DNA of 63,868 bases, filler included, from Octopus bimaculoides (lineage: Eukaryota): NCBI RefSeq assembly GCF_001194135.2. It is 8 parts of 8 records of this genome, joined end to end, with 100 filler letters (N's around TTAATTAATTAA, not from the genome) between each part and the next. Parts side by side here need not be neighbours in the genome. Positions count along the whole stretch, not along the records: positions 1 to 11,957 come from NC_069010.1; 7 more parts are not named here. One strand, given 5' to 3'. Numbering within the stretch: the stretch's first letter is position 1; each line of letters opens with the position of its first letter. Below the pieces are notes generated by a model, which saw only the letters and a list, made by a program, of their open reading frames with translations, was not told where the DNA came from and ran no database searches. This document shows positions 1 to 11,226 of this stretch, one piece after another. The position numbers and the translations under genes are program-made.

Positions 1-19
1 ATATATATATATATGTATG

Positions 20-250
20 TGCGTGTATATGTTTGTGTGTCTGTGTTTGTCCCACCAACATCGCTTGACAACTGATGCTGGTGTGTTTATGTCCCCGTAA
101 CTTAGCGGTTCGGCAAAAGAGAACGATAGAATAAGTACTAGGCTTCCAAAGAATAAGTCCTGGGGTCGATTTGCTCGACTAAAAGCGGTGCTCCAGCATG
201 GCCACAGTCAAAAAGACTGAAACAAGTAAAAGAGTAAAAGAGTAAAGAGT
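20..250 (+). mobile_element. Dispersed SINE-like repeat (GTCCCCGTAACTTAGCGGTTCGGCAAAAG...CCAGCATGGCC...GAAACAAGTAAAAGA)
   Basis: Copies near 23400, 23800, 36330, 47710, 50730, 54100 and 61930; (GAGTAAA)n tail here. Confidence 0.75.
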
Positions 251-265
251 AAATGAAATACATAC

Positions 266-429
266 AACTTCCTGATTCTTCACAGACAAAATTACTGATT
301 TCAGGCACAAGATGGTTGTCTATTTGTTGCTGAGGAACAACACTGGTCTTCTCCACAGCTTCAGAACCCTTTTTATACAATTTGTAAACCCCAAAATAAA
401 TATCACAGTCAATTGTAGTGAGCTGCCAG
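266..429 (-). CDS. SEC14L2: SEC14-like GOLD-domain exon: WQLTTIDCDIYFGVYKLYKKGSEAVEKTSVVPQQQIDNHLVPEISNFVCEESGS
   Basis: tgcag/gtatgt; 164 nt, phase 2 to 1. Matches WQF----DVGFG...HLVPEDG-LTC. The terminal exon must lie left of the window. The 10 exons total 1024 nt in one open frame. Confidence 0.92.
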
Positions 430-573
430 CTGCAAAAAAGATGTGGAGAATTGAAAAAGGATGGGAGGCAAAAAAAAAAACATTAGAAATATAACTGATC
501 TCATAAGAATTCATAAACTTCTGAAGAACGTGAAATAATTCCATTTTCAAACATTGGATCTTGAAGCAAATAT

Positions 574-965
574 GTTGTGTGTTGGCACTCCGTCGCTTAC
601 GACGTCGAGGGTCCCAGTTGATCCGATCAACGGAACAGCCTGCTCGTGAAACTAACGTGCAAGTGGTTGAGCACTCCACAGACACGTGTACACTTAACGT
701 AGGTCTCGGGGTATATTCAGCGTGACACAGTGTGACAAGGCTGGCCCCTTTGAAATACAGGCACAACAGAAACAGGAAGTAAAGAGTGAGAGAAAGTTGT
801 GGGGTGGAAGAGTACAGCAGGGTTTGCCACCATCCCCCTGCCGGAGCCTCGTGGAGCTTTAGGTGCTTTCGCTCAATAAACACTCAAAACGCCCGGTCTG
901 GGAATCGAAACCGCGATCCTATGACCGCGAGTCCGCTGCCCTGACCACTGGGCTATTGCGTCTCC
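574..965 (-). mobile_element. tRNA-Arg-headed SINE (octopus OR1-like), full length
   Basis: Near-identical to 62204-62574 (+) and 8143-8481 (+, cut by a gap). Has an A/B-box tRNA-like head and a (CAA)n tail. Fragments occur near 3340, 7030, 10980, 15200 and 44120. Confidence 0.8.
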
Positions 966-1016
966 GCAACAACAATGACAACAACAAAAAACAAAAAACA
1001 ACAAAAGTAAACTCAC

Positions 1017-1162
1017 GATAATAAACTCCCTGGTTGATCCACATCAATGCAAACCTCAGCTGAAGACCTGGCATTTACCAACAGCTCATTAGGTTTAGTT
1101 GGTCCATGCAGTAATTCTCTATTGTAGTAGTAAGACGGGGGGACCTCACCCCCATAACATAT
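1017..1162 (-). CDS. SEC14L2: SEC14-like exon: ICYGGEVPPSYYYNRELLHGPTKPNELLVNARSSAEVCIDVDQPGSLL(S)
   Basis: ttcag/gtgagt; 146 nt, phase 0 to 2. I-YGG-VP--YY linker into the GOLD domain. Confidence 0.92.
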
Positions 1163-1344
1163 CTGAAAAAGCAGGGAAGGCAGTGGAAAGAAAGGTTAAA
1201 AATATATACCAGCATCGGTTGTCAAGCGATGGTGGTGGGGGAGGTTCAAACACAGACACACAAACATATACACAAACAAACATATACACACACATACATA
1301 TATACGACGGGCTTCTTTCAGTTTCTCGTGAGATTGTTACTGAC

Positions 1345-1451
1345 CTGTAAGGAACACTTTGGGTCACCATTTGCATCATGAACAGTTCCACCGTAAAATG
1401 CTGGAATTTGGTCGGCATCAATGTACCGCTGTAATGTTGAGAGGTAATTGA
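1345..1451 (-). CDS. SEC14L2: SEC14-like exon: (V)NYLSTLQRYIDADQIPAFYGGTVHDANGDPKCSLQ
   Basis: tccag/gtcagt; 107 nt, phase 1 to 0. Contains the DQ-P--YGGT--D--G-PKC motif. Confidence 0.94.
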
Positions 1452-1629
1452 CTGGAATGGTAAACACAATAGGATACAATATCAATAATACCTGCTAAAA
1501 ATAAGCAACAGAGTCTATCATGTGGTCCACTTGACCTTTAGAAATAGCAGTCAAACTTACCTCAAATGATATTCATATCTATCTGTCCATATATATATAT
1601 GTATATAGATATATGTATACATATATATA

Positions 1630-2060
1630 TCATCATCATCATTGTCGTCGTCGTTTGACGTCCGCTTTCTATGCTGGCATGGGTTGGACGGTTTGAGTGA
1701 GGACTGGCGCGCCAGGTAGTTGCACCTGGCTCCAATGTGATCTGACCAACCACTCCGAGAGTGTAGCGGGTGCTTTTATGTGCCACCGGCACGAGAGCCA
1801 GTCAGGCGGTACAGGCAACGACCACGCTCAAATAGTGTTTTTTCACGTGCCACCTGCACAGGAGCCAGTCTGGCTTGCCAGTCCTCGGTCAAACTGTCCA
1901 ACCCATGCCAGCATGGAAAGCAGACGTTAAACGACGATGATGATGATGATGATGATATATATCATCATCATCATCATCATCATCGTTTAACGTCCGCTTT
2001 CCATGCTAGCATGGGTTGGACGATTTGACTGAGGACTGGTGAAACCGGATGGCAACACCA
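1630..2060. mobile_element. Cluster of (GAT)n-tailed RTE-type SINE 3' ends in both orientations
   Basis: Motif CCAACCCATGCTAGCATGGAAAGCGGACGTTAAACGATGATG. Further copies near 5280-5500, 24270, 26900, 29570-29965, 30425-30720, 33890-34130, 35850-36080, 36181-36310 and 37020-37240. Confidence 0.75.
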
Positions 2061-2638
2061 NNNNNNNNNNNNNNNNNNNNNNNNNNNNNNNNNNNNNNNN
2101 NNNNNNNNNNNNNNNNNNNNNNNNNNNNNNNNNNNNNNNNNNNNNNNNNNNNNNNNNNNNNNNNNNNNNNNNNNNNNNNNNNNNNNNNNNNNNNNNNNNN
2201 NNNNNNNNNNNNNNNNNNNNNNNNNNNNNNNNNNNNNNNNNNNNNNNNNNNNNNNNNNNNNNNNNNNNNNNNNNNNNNNNNNNNNNNNNNNNNNNNNNNN
2301 NNNNNNNNNNNNNNNNNNNNNNNNNNNNNNNNNNNNNNNNNNNNNNNNNNNNNNNNNNNNNNNNNNNNNNNNNNNNNNNNNNNNNNNNNNNNNNNNNNNN
2401 NNNNNNNNNNNNNNNNNNNNNNNNNNNNNNNNNNNNNNNNNNNNNNNNNNNNNNNNNNNNNNNNNNNNNNNNNNNNNNNNNNNNNNNNNNNNNNNNNNNN
2501 NNNNNNNNNNNNNNNNNNNNNNNNNNNNNNNNNNNNNNNNNNNNNNNNNNNNNNNNNNNNNNNNNNNNNNNNNNNNNNNNNNNNNNNNNNNNNNNNNNNN
2601 NNNNNNNNNNNNNNNNNNNNNNNNNNNNNNNNNNNNNN

Positions 2639-2876
2639 ATATTTATATTTATATATTTATATATTTGATCCTTTATATTGAACACTCAATATTTCATCTA
2701 CATTCAATACTTTCTTTCATGGTGCCATCCATTTTTATTTTATTTTATTTTATATTGTATATTGTATATTATATTATATTATATATTGTATATTCCATAT
2801 TCTATACCCCACATTGGTTCTGCAGGAATATAAATAAAACATAAAAAACAGACAGTGTTGGAACTCTTTTAAGCAA

Positions 2877-2882
<6 letters not shown>
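2639..2882 (+). repeat. AT-rich dispersed repeat, inverse copy of 25358-25612
   Basis: Near-identical reverse complement (GATCCTTTATATTGAACACTC...GGAACTCTTTTAAGCAAAATA). The other copy abuts the 25616-25655 hammerhead-like motif. Confidence 0.8.
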
Positions 2883-2909
<27 letters not shown>

Positions 2910-2964
2910 ACATAAACATTAATAAAAAAAGTTAGAAATCGAGAAAAAGTGTGTTGTTACCTAC

Positions 2965-3048
2965 CTCCAAGAACATGGATTTTATTCTGAGTCGCTGAAC
3001 TAAGGAATGGTCGGACTATATTGAAGAGGTAGGGGAAAATGGAGGCAG
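2965..3048 (-). CDS. SEC14L2: SEC14-like exon: (A)ASIFPYLFNIVRPFLSSATQNKIHVLG
   Basis: aacag/gtaggt; 84 nt, phase 1 to 1. Matches [28 protein letters not shown]. Confidence 0.93.
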
Positions 3049-4297
3049 CTGTTGGAGAGAAAGAGAGAAAGGAAGAATGGAGAATAAGAGGATGATATAT
3101 GTTACAGAAACACAATACCAAAACTGATATCGATTTTCAATGCATCTTGATAAAACAAGTTAGCAACATGTTGTCAACATGGGTTATCAACACAGTTATC
3201 CATATGTTATTATCAACATATATCACTGCAAATTACTAGCACACATTATCAGGACACAGTCTCAATGCATGTTATCAATTGCAATTGCACATTATGAAAA
3301 CACATCAATACACATTGTCAACGCAGCCCCTTGGCACTCAGTCACGACAACGAGGGTCCCAGCTGATTCGATCCACAGAACAGCCTGTTCATGAAATTAA
3401 TGTACAAATGGTTGAGTACTCCACAGACATGCATGCCCTTAATGTAGTTCTTATGAAATTCAGTGTGACACAGGACACGACGAGGTTGGCCCCTTTGAAA
3501 TACAGGTCCTATTCATTTTAGCCAGCTGGATGGACTGAAGCAACGCACCACCAGGAATCAAATTCACAACCTTACAACCATGAGCCAAATGTCCCTAACC
3601 ACTAAGCCCCCCCCCCTCACACAGGTTAGCAACATGTTATCAACATACATTATCGACTGATGTTATCAACAAGTTATCAATCTGCAATACCAAGACTGAA
3701 CACTGGTTTCAAATTTTGGCACATGGCCAGCAATTTCAGGGAATGGACTATTTCGTCTGTCTTTACGTTCTGNNNNNNNNNNNNNNNNNNNNNNNNNNNN
3801 NNNNNNNNNNNNNNNNNNNNNNNNNNNNNNNNNNNNNNNNNNNNNNNNNNNNNNNNNNNNNNNNNNNNNNNNNNNNNNNNNNNNNNNNNNNNNNNNNNNN
3901 NNNNNNNNNNNNNNNNNNNNNNNNNNNNNNNNNNNNNNNNNNNNNNNNNNNNNNNNNNNNNNNNNNNNNNNNNNNNNNNNNNNNNNNNNNNNNNNNNNNN
4001 NNNNNNNNNNNNNNNNNNNNNNNNNNNNNNNNNNNNNNNNNNNNNNNNNNNNNNNNNNNNNNNNNNNNNNNNNNNNNNNNNNNNNNNNNNNNNNNNNNNN
4101 NNNNNNNNNNNNNNNNNNNNNNNNNNNNNNNNNNNNNNNNNNNTGGGTGCATGTGTGTGTGTGTGTGTGTGTGCTTGTACATATGTGTGCATGTGTGTGT
4201 GTGTGTGTGTCTGAATGCTTATGTGTACCCTTGTCTACACACCGCATGCTCTGTGTATGAGTGTGTGTGTGTGCCTGCACATGTGTGTGTGTGTATG

Positions 4298-4328
<31 letters not shown>

Positions 4329-4648
4329 TTGTGCATGCAAGTGTATGAGTGCGTGTGTGTGTGTGAGTCTTTATGTGTATCCTTGTCTACACATCGCATG
4401 CTGATTGTAAACAAACATCACCGCCATACAAGTGGGCTTGTTCATTTCCAGTCTCCTACGAAAAATATGTCTGGCCATGGGGAAACATTACCTTTCTTGG
4501 AAATAGGTGAGTGTTACAACAGGAAGGGCATGTAGCCATAGAAAAGCTACACCAACAAACCCTGTCTAACTGATGCAAGCATGGAAAAGGAGACATGAAA
4601 AGGATGATGATGACGTAAGAGAGAAAGAGAGATTGTGTTAATACTTAC

Positions 4649-4729
4649 CATTGATAATAAAACATTGTTTTAATACTTCCGGGTAATGATCTTCAAACAT
4701 ACTGATTATCTCACAGAAAGCTTTCACAC
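4649..4729 (-). CDS. SEC14L2: SEC14-like exon: (G)VKAFCEIISMFEDHYPEVLKQCFIIN
   Basis: gtcag/gtaagt; 81 nt, phase 1 to 1. Contains the MFE--YPE-LK motif. Confidence 0.93.
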
Positions 4730-5069
4730 CTGACAGGTAGGAGTATAAGAAAAAATAACGTACATTGAAAGAAAGAATAAAATGAAGAAAAGGTTTGTAG
4801 TATTATTTTGTGCAAAAGATTACCATAAATAAATAAATAAATATATATACACATATATAAATATATTTAAGAATTTAAGGATTGGAGAAAACGCATGTTA
4901 TAATTGCATACTTTATTCCTACATATGTTTCGAAGGATTACAACCTGTGTGATCCATAGGGATCTTTGATATTAAAATTGTAACCTTCTCATTTATTCTA
5001 TCAGAAGAATTTTTATTCATTAAGATAGAAGAAATACACATATATAAATATATATACATATATATATAT

Positions 5070-5250
5070 ATGGGAGAATGTACGAAAAAACAACAGACGA
5101 GGACAGGTGGTGTAAATAACAAAAGGATGTATTAGTATGACGCTCAGGAATACGGAAAGTCTTTGACGTTTCGAGCTACGCTCTTCAACAGAAAGAATAC
5201 GGAGACAAGGAGAAAAACACGGAGAAAAAAAATTGAATAGTGTTCAGTCA
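5070..5250 (-). mobile_element. Non-autonomous Penelope-tail-like repeat between (AT)n tracts
   Basis: Contains TTGAAGAGCGTAGCTCGAAACGTC. Second copy at about 17790-17960 (+); a third starts at 61692 and runs into a gap. Confidence 0.55.
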
Positions 5251-6845
5251 ACGGTCAATCAATATATATATATATATATCGTTGCCAGTGCCGCTAGACT
5301 GGCTCCTGTGCAGGTGGCACGTAAAATACACCATTTTGAGCATGGCCGTTGCCAGTGCCGCCTGACTGGCCTTTGTGCCAGTGGCACGTAAAACACCCCA
5401 CTACACTCTCGGAGAAACTCTGCCAAATCAGATTGGAGCCTGGTGTAGCCAGTCCTCAGTCAAATCGTCCAACCCATGCTAGCATGGAAAGCGGACGTTA
5501 TACATACATGCATGCATACATACATACATATATACATAAAGAATCGCATGCACCTTCGTCCTATTTTCAAAAAAACCTTGGATTATCCCCCCATTACAGG
5601 AGTTATTTCCCTTGATTATCGTCCCCCCCCCATTACGGGAGTTATTTCCCTTAATTATCGTTTTTAGATTTTCAACACTGAATTTGCGTTACACACACGT
5701 ATATACATACATGAATGGGTGCATATGTAACTCTGATGTTCATGCAACAGAGTGGTAAGGCCATCTGGTGGTCCTCAAGAATGACTGCTGACTTGCACGA
5801 TGAAGAAGAGTTGCGCTCTATTCACATCGTACTCTCGTCTGCGACTACCTTCGATCCAGTGGCAAGACCAGGTCAAGACGACCAGGGACGGAGACGGACG
5901 CAATGGATGACCAAGATGTCTTGCTCTCTGCACACCTAGTCGTCTCTCTACCATGAAGGTTTCTAACACTAAAGTCCACCGGATCCAGTCTTCACATGCA
6001 CGGGTGATGGTGGGAGTCTCTCACAGTTTGAAAAACACAGTTCTGCAATTTCTTGTTGGACAACCTACACGTTAGCTCACTCTGCTTGTCAGTTGTCATG
6101 GTGATTGCAGAGCAGTGTGAGATGAAGTGTTCTGCTCAAGAAACACAAACACACCACCTAATCTAGGAATTGAAATCACAAACGCTATATATATATATAT
6201 GAAGATGGCCTCTCTCGTCCAAGACGCCATGTAAGCGTTCAGCCTTTTTTATTGATCAACCTGCACAAGTGATTCGTTTATAGTGCTCACCTGTGTGTGC
6301 TGTACATTAGCTCACCTGCCTCCATCAAATCGATGTTGATTGAACAGGTGTACAATGTGCTACACGTCAGGTCCTGAAGGGCTTGCAGAACAATGTGAGA
6401 CGAACACATCACACCACTTAGTCCTGAACGTGAAACCGCAATCTCGCAATCATGAATGCCTAACCACTCGGCCATGCGCCATCACATGCACAGGCAGGTA
6501 AGCCTTAATAAGCTAATTAACCTATAACTGGGGCCTTGATAGGTGCTACTACTCCAGGTGAGAGTTAGACCTGGGAACACTAATGGCTTAAAAGTGATAC
6601 CACACTCCTCAAAACCTAGAAACTCTTGTACCAAAGCCTCTCACGACCAGATGCAGTTTCAAGTCATACCCAAGACATATATAAGTATACACACATATAC
6701 ACACATGAATACACGGTTTTGATCATAGGTCTGCTTGAACAGCATTGACCTAGGGCTAAACAATGATAGACAAGCTGGCAAACAGACACACAGATATAGA
6801 CATACTTTCAGAAATAACAGCAGTGATCATTACAGCATAACCTAC

Positions 6846-6921
6846 CTGGTTTCCAGAGGTGCTTCTGGCCAAGATTCTTAACGTCCAGTACAGATACAAC
6901 CTGGTTAATTTTTCTGTTCTT
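6846..6921 (-). CDS. SEC14L2: SEC14-like exon: KNRKINQVVSVLDVKNLGQKHLWKP
   Basis: ttcag/gtaggt; 76 nt, phase 0 to 1. Contains the D---LG-KHLWKP motif. Confidence 0.92.
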
Positions 6922-7247
6922 CTGAAATGGTTTATTTTTGAAAGTAAAAAACAAAAAAATACAATGTGGAATTCACTAATTAAGAAAGAAAAGGGCAAAT
7001 GACTTCAACAGGTACAAGCATCAAAGGAACAACGGAACAGCCTGCTCGTGAAATTAACGTGCAAGTGACTGAGCACTCCACAGACACATGTACCCCTACT
7101 GACCAGGTCAGTATCCAAACAATTGCACCGGATTATCCCATTTCACACCCGAATTTAGGGATAAGAAACACAATCATAATGCTAACTCCCCTACTTCTTA
7201 CCCACAAACCTCAGCAGAACATACAAAGAGACAGAAGTTTCTGGTAC

Positions 7248-7342
7248 CTCTTTTGAACATGTTTCGAGCAGTCGGCAGATTTCTTCCATACATTTTACCT
7301 TGTTCTTCATGAGGGCAGACTTTTTCACAGACTTCAATAAAC
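7248..7342 (-). CDS. SEC14L2: SEC14-like exon: (G)LLKSVKKSALMKNKVKCMEEICRLLETCSKE
   Basis: tccag/gtacca; 95 nt, phase 1 to 0. Aligns to GLLFSASKQDLLRTKMRECE. Confidence 0.88.
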
Positions 7343-8142
7343 CTGGAAAGATTGAAACAGAGAGAACCGTATTTAGGAAACAACAAAATAGATGTGAGAG
7401 AAATGTCTGATCACTTTAATGCTTTTGTTACCACCAACTGCCTTCGTTTTAATTAATTCTGAAAATAATAACCCTTTCTATTACAGGCACAAGGCCTGTA
7501 ACAGTTTTGCGGGAGGGGACTTAATCGTTACTAATCTGGTGTTTGGAACATGAATTAACGAGAAATTTTGATGCAAGGTTTTAATTTAGACCACTAAGTA
7601 TTTCTTTCAGCATACTAACAGTTTTGCCAGCTTACCACCTTCCCCAGGTCGATTTGGTAGATGGAAACTGAAAGAAGCCTCGCATATATATGTGTGCGTG
7701 TGTGTGTGTGTGTTTGTGGCTGTGGACGTCCCCTATCACTACATAACAACCAGTGTTGGTTTGTGTATGTTCAGCAAAAACAACAAATTAAAATAATTAC
7801 CAGGCTTAAAAAATAAGTACGGAGGCCGGTTTATTTAACTAAATCCCTTCGAGGTGATCCCTCAATCCAATAACTGAAACACAGCAAAAAATAGAAAAAG
7901 GGACCAGAAAATCATGTTGGTCTTGTGGAGGATATATGTCCTCAGCCATTTGACCATTGCTCTCATCAGTGGTCACCCCCACAGTGTTAAATTAATAGTG
8001 AAACTTGAGGCAGTTCAGTGACGCTACACCAGAAAGATTACATCAATGGAAAAGCTGAGCTACTTGGGAGAGACTGGAACAGTTACGATTCTAATTCCTG
8101 GAGAGAAGATGAGAGAAATATGTTGTGATATACATATGGAGT

Positions 8143-8481
8143 GGAGGTGCAATGGCACAGTGGTTAGGGCAGCGGACTCGCGGTCATAGGATTGTGGTTT
8201 CGATTCCCAGACCAGGCGTTGTGAGTTTTTATTGAGCAAAAACACCTAAAAGCTCCACGAGGCTCCGGCAGGGGATGGTGGCGAACCCTGCTGTACTCTT
8301 TCACCACAACTTTCTCTCATTCTTACTTCCTGTTTCTATTGTGCCTGTAATTCAAAGGGTCAGCCGTGTCACACTCTGTTTCACGTTGAATATCCCCGAG
8401 AACTACGTTAACGGTACACGTGTCTGTGGAGTGCTCAGCCACTTGCACGTTAATTTCACGAGCAGGCTGTTCCGTTGATCG
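8143..8481 (+). mobile_element. tRNA-Arg-headed SINE (OR1-like), 3' end in a gap
   Basis: GGAGGTGCAATGGCACAGTGGTTAGG...GGTTTCGATTCCC head; same family as 574-965. Confidence 0.8.
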
Positions 8482-9215
8482 NNNNNNNNNNNNNNNNNNN
8501 NNNNNNNNNNNNNNNNNNNNNNNNNNNNNNNNNNNNNNNNNNNNNNNNNNNNNNNNNNNNNNNNNNNNNNNNNNNNNNNNNNNNNNNNNNNNNNNNNNNN
8601 NNNNNNNNNNNNNNNNNNNNNNNNNNNNNNNNNNNNNNNNNNNNNNNNNNNNNNNNNNNNNNNNNNNNNNNNNNNNNNNNNNNNNNNNNNNNNNNNNNNN
8701 NNNNNNNNNNNNNNNNNNNNNNNNNNNNNNNNNNNNNNNNNNNNNNNNNNNNNNNNNNNNNNNNNNNNNNNNNNNNNNNNNNNNNNNNNNNNNNNNNNNN
8801 NNNNNNNNNNNNNNNNNNNNNNNNNNNNNNNNNNNNNNNNNNNNNNNNNNNNNNNNNNNNNNNNNNNNNNNNNNNNNNNNNNNNNNNNNNNNNNNNNNNN
8901 NNNNNNNNNNNNNNNNNNNNNNNNNNNNNNNNNNNNNNNNNNNNNNNNNNNNNNNNNNNNNNNNNNNNNNNNNNNNNNNNNNNNNNNNNNNNNNNNNNNN
9001 NNNNNNNNNNNNNNNNNNNNNNNNNNNNNNNNNNNNNNNNNNNNNNNNNNNNNNNNNNNNNNNNNNNNNNNNNNNNNNNNNNNNNNNNNNNNNNNNNNNN
9101 NNNNNNNNNNNNNNNNNNNNNNNNNNNNNNNNNNNNNNNNNNNNNNNNNNNNNNNNNNNNNNNNNNNNNNNNNNNNNNNNNNNNNNNNNNNNNNNNNNNN
9201 NNNNNNNNNNNNNNN

Positions 9216-9455
9216 TATCTTGACAAAACATCTGAGTGAAGACCATGTACTGCACTAGTTTGGGATTCAAGGGCTCATAGCTATTTAATATCTTGACAAA
9301 ACATCTGAGTGAAGACCATGTACTGCACTAGTTTGGGATTCAAGGGCTCATACCTATTTAATATCTTGACAAAACATCTGAGTGAAGACCATGTACTGCA
9401 CTAGTTTGGGATTCAAGGGCTCATAGCTATTTAATATCTTGACAAAACATCCGAG
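9216..9455 (+). repeat. 73-bp tandem repeat (3 full units plus a partial) derived from a LINE 3' fragment
   Basis: Units start at 9216, 9289, 9362 and 9435. The unit is homologous to about 18180-18250. Confidence 0.9.
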
Positions 9456-9716
9456 TGATATACATGGTGAAGGAGATGTTTTCAAGAAACAACTCGACCT
9501 CCTGCTGTCCCGTGTTGCAGGTTAACCTATATCATGGCAAGAAAGAAAGTCGAAAACAGATGGTAATATCAAACTCCCACCTTCACCAAAAGCCAATCCG
9601 CAAAAGAATGGCCACAGAAAAGCTGATAATATTGGTGGTGCCCCAGTATGGCCACAGCCATCAGGCTGAAATACATAAGAGAATAAAAGAATATACATAC
9701 ACACATACATACAAAC

Positions 9717-9873
9717 CTTGCATATCTAAGTTTCCAACTGGATCATACCACACTGGACAACCAATTTTATCAAAACCACAAACACCACCGGTGTAATATC
9801 TTTGTACAGCCTCTGGATTGACATAGTCCTCAACAATGGTGTCGGCGCCAATCTCTGCACGCCAGGACAGATC
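9717..9873 (-). CDS. SEC14L2: SEC14-like exon: [52 protein letters not shown]
   Basis: ttcag/gtttgt; 157 nt, phase 0 to 1. Carries the GG-CG-D--GCPVWYD--G-LD signature. Confidence 0.95.
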
Positions 9874-9922
9874 CTGAAACAGACAGCATACTTCCAGGTT
9901 TACACATGTCAATATAAATATA

Positions 9923-9958
<36 letters not shown>

Positions 9959-10786
9959 NNNNNNNNNNNNNNNNNNNNNNNNNNNNNNNNNNNNNNNNNN
10001 NNNNNNNNNNNNNNNNNNNNNNNNNNNNNNNNNNNNNNNNNNNNNNNNNNNNNNNNNNNNNNNNNNNNNNNNNNNNNNNNNNNNNNNNNNNNNNNNNNNN
10101 NNNNNNNNNNNNNNNNNNNNNNNNNNNNNNNNNNNNNNNNNNNNNNNNNNNNNNNNNNNNNNNNNNNNNNNNNNNNNNNNNNNNNNNNNNNNNNNNNNNN
10201 NNNNNNNNNNNNNNNNNNNNNNNNNNNNNNNNNNNNNNNNNNNNNNNNNNNNNNNNNNNNNNNNNNNNNNNNNNNNNNNNNNNNNNNNNNNNNNNNNNNN
10301 NNNNNNNNNNNNNNNNNNNNNNNNNNNNNNNNNNNNNNNNNNNNNNNNNNNNNNNNNNNNNNNNNNNNNNNNNNNNNNNNNNNNNNNNNNNNNNNNNNNN
10401 NNNNNNNNNNNNNNNNNNNNNNNNNNNNNNNNNNNNNNNNNNNNNNNNNNNNNNNNNNNNNNNNNNNNNNNNNNNNNNNNNNNNNNNNNNNNNNNNNNNN
10501 NNNNNNNNNNNNNNNNNNNNNNNNNNNNNNNNNNNNNNNNNNNNNNNNNNNNNNNNNNNNNNNNNNNNNNNNNNNNNNNNNNNNNNNNNNNNNNNNNNNN
10601 NNNNNNNNNNNNNNNNNNNNNNNNNNNNNNNNNNNNNNNNNNNNNNNNNNNNNNNNNNNNNNNNNNNNNNNNNNNNNNNNNNNNNNNNNNNNNNNNNNNN
10701 NNNNNNNNNNNNNNNNNNNNNNNNNNNNNNNNNNNNNNNNNNNNNNNNNNNNNNNNNNNNNNNNNNNNACGATGTGTATACTTTAC

Positions 10787-10830
10787 CTTACGAAACATCG
10801 CTTCCGACTGGTCAATATTGAAGTTCCTGG
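10787..10830 (-). CDS. SEC14L2: SEC14-like exon: (A)RNFNIDQSEAMFRK
   Basis: cacag/gtaaag splice sites; 44 nt, phase 1 to 0. Matches ARSFDLQKSEAMLRK. Confidence 0.92.
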
Positions 10831-11156
10831 CTGTGGATGGAAGGGAAAAAACATCCTCAGAAACAATGGCCCAGAAAGAAATTATTGGTATGAAATACCA
10901 GTTATATATTAGGGTCTCACCAATCAACACTTCTTAATTACAAACTCCCCCCCCAAAAAAAAACTGGCACTCTGTTGGTTACAAGTGTTCCAGTTGATCC
11001 AATCAATGGAACAGCCCGTTTGTGAAATTAACATGGAAGTGGCTGAATACTACGCCATACACCTTCACATCACCCCTGAAACCAGCACCATAAAGACCAA
11101 AACACCGAAACATATACTCAGCTGGACATCAAATGGCAAAAGAGAAGGATACAAAC

Positions 11157-11226
11157 CTTTGAGCCAGCGGACGAGACAGCTGTCATCATGTACGGGTGTG
11201 AGGACATCTTTGAGTTTTTCACGGAA
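11157..11226 (-). CDS. SEC14L2: SEC14-like protein (CRAL-TRIO + GOLD), first visible coding exon: FREKLKDVLTPVHDDSCLVRWLK
   Basis: ctcag acceptor and gtttgt donor; 70 nt, phase 0 to 1. Resembles human SEC14L2 FRENVQDVL...DDYFLLRWLR. The symbol is family-level and orthology was not tested. Confidence 0.9.

Noticed and set aside
520-550. CTGAAGAACGTGAAATAATTCC hammerhead-like string
   Set aside because: There is no pairing for stem I or stem III.
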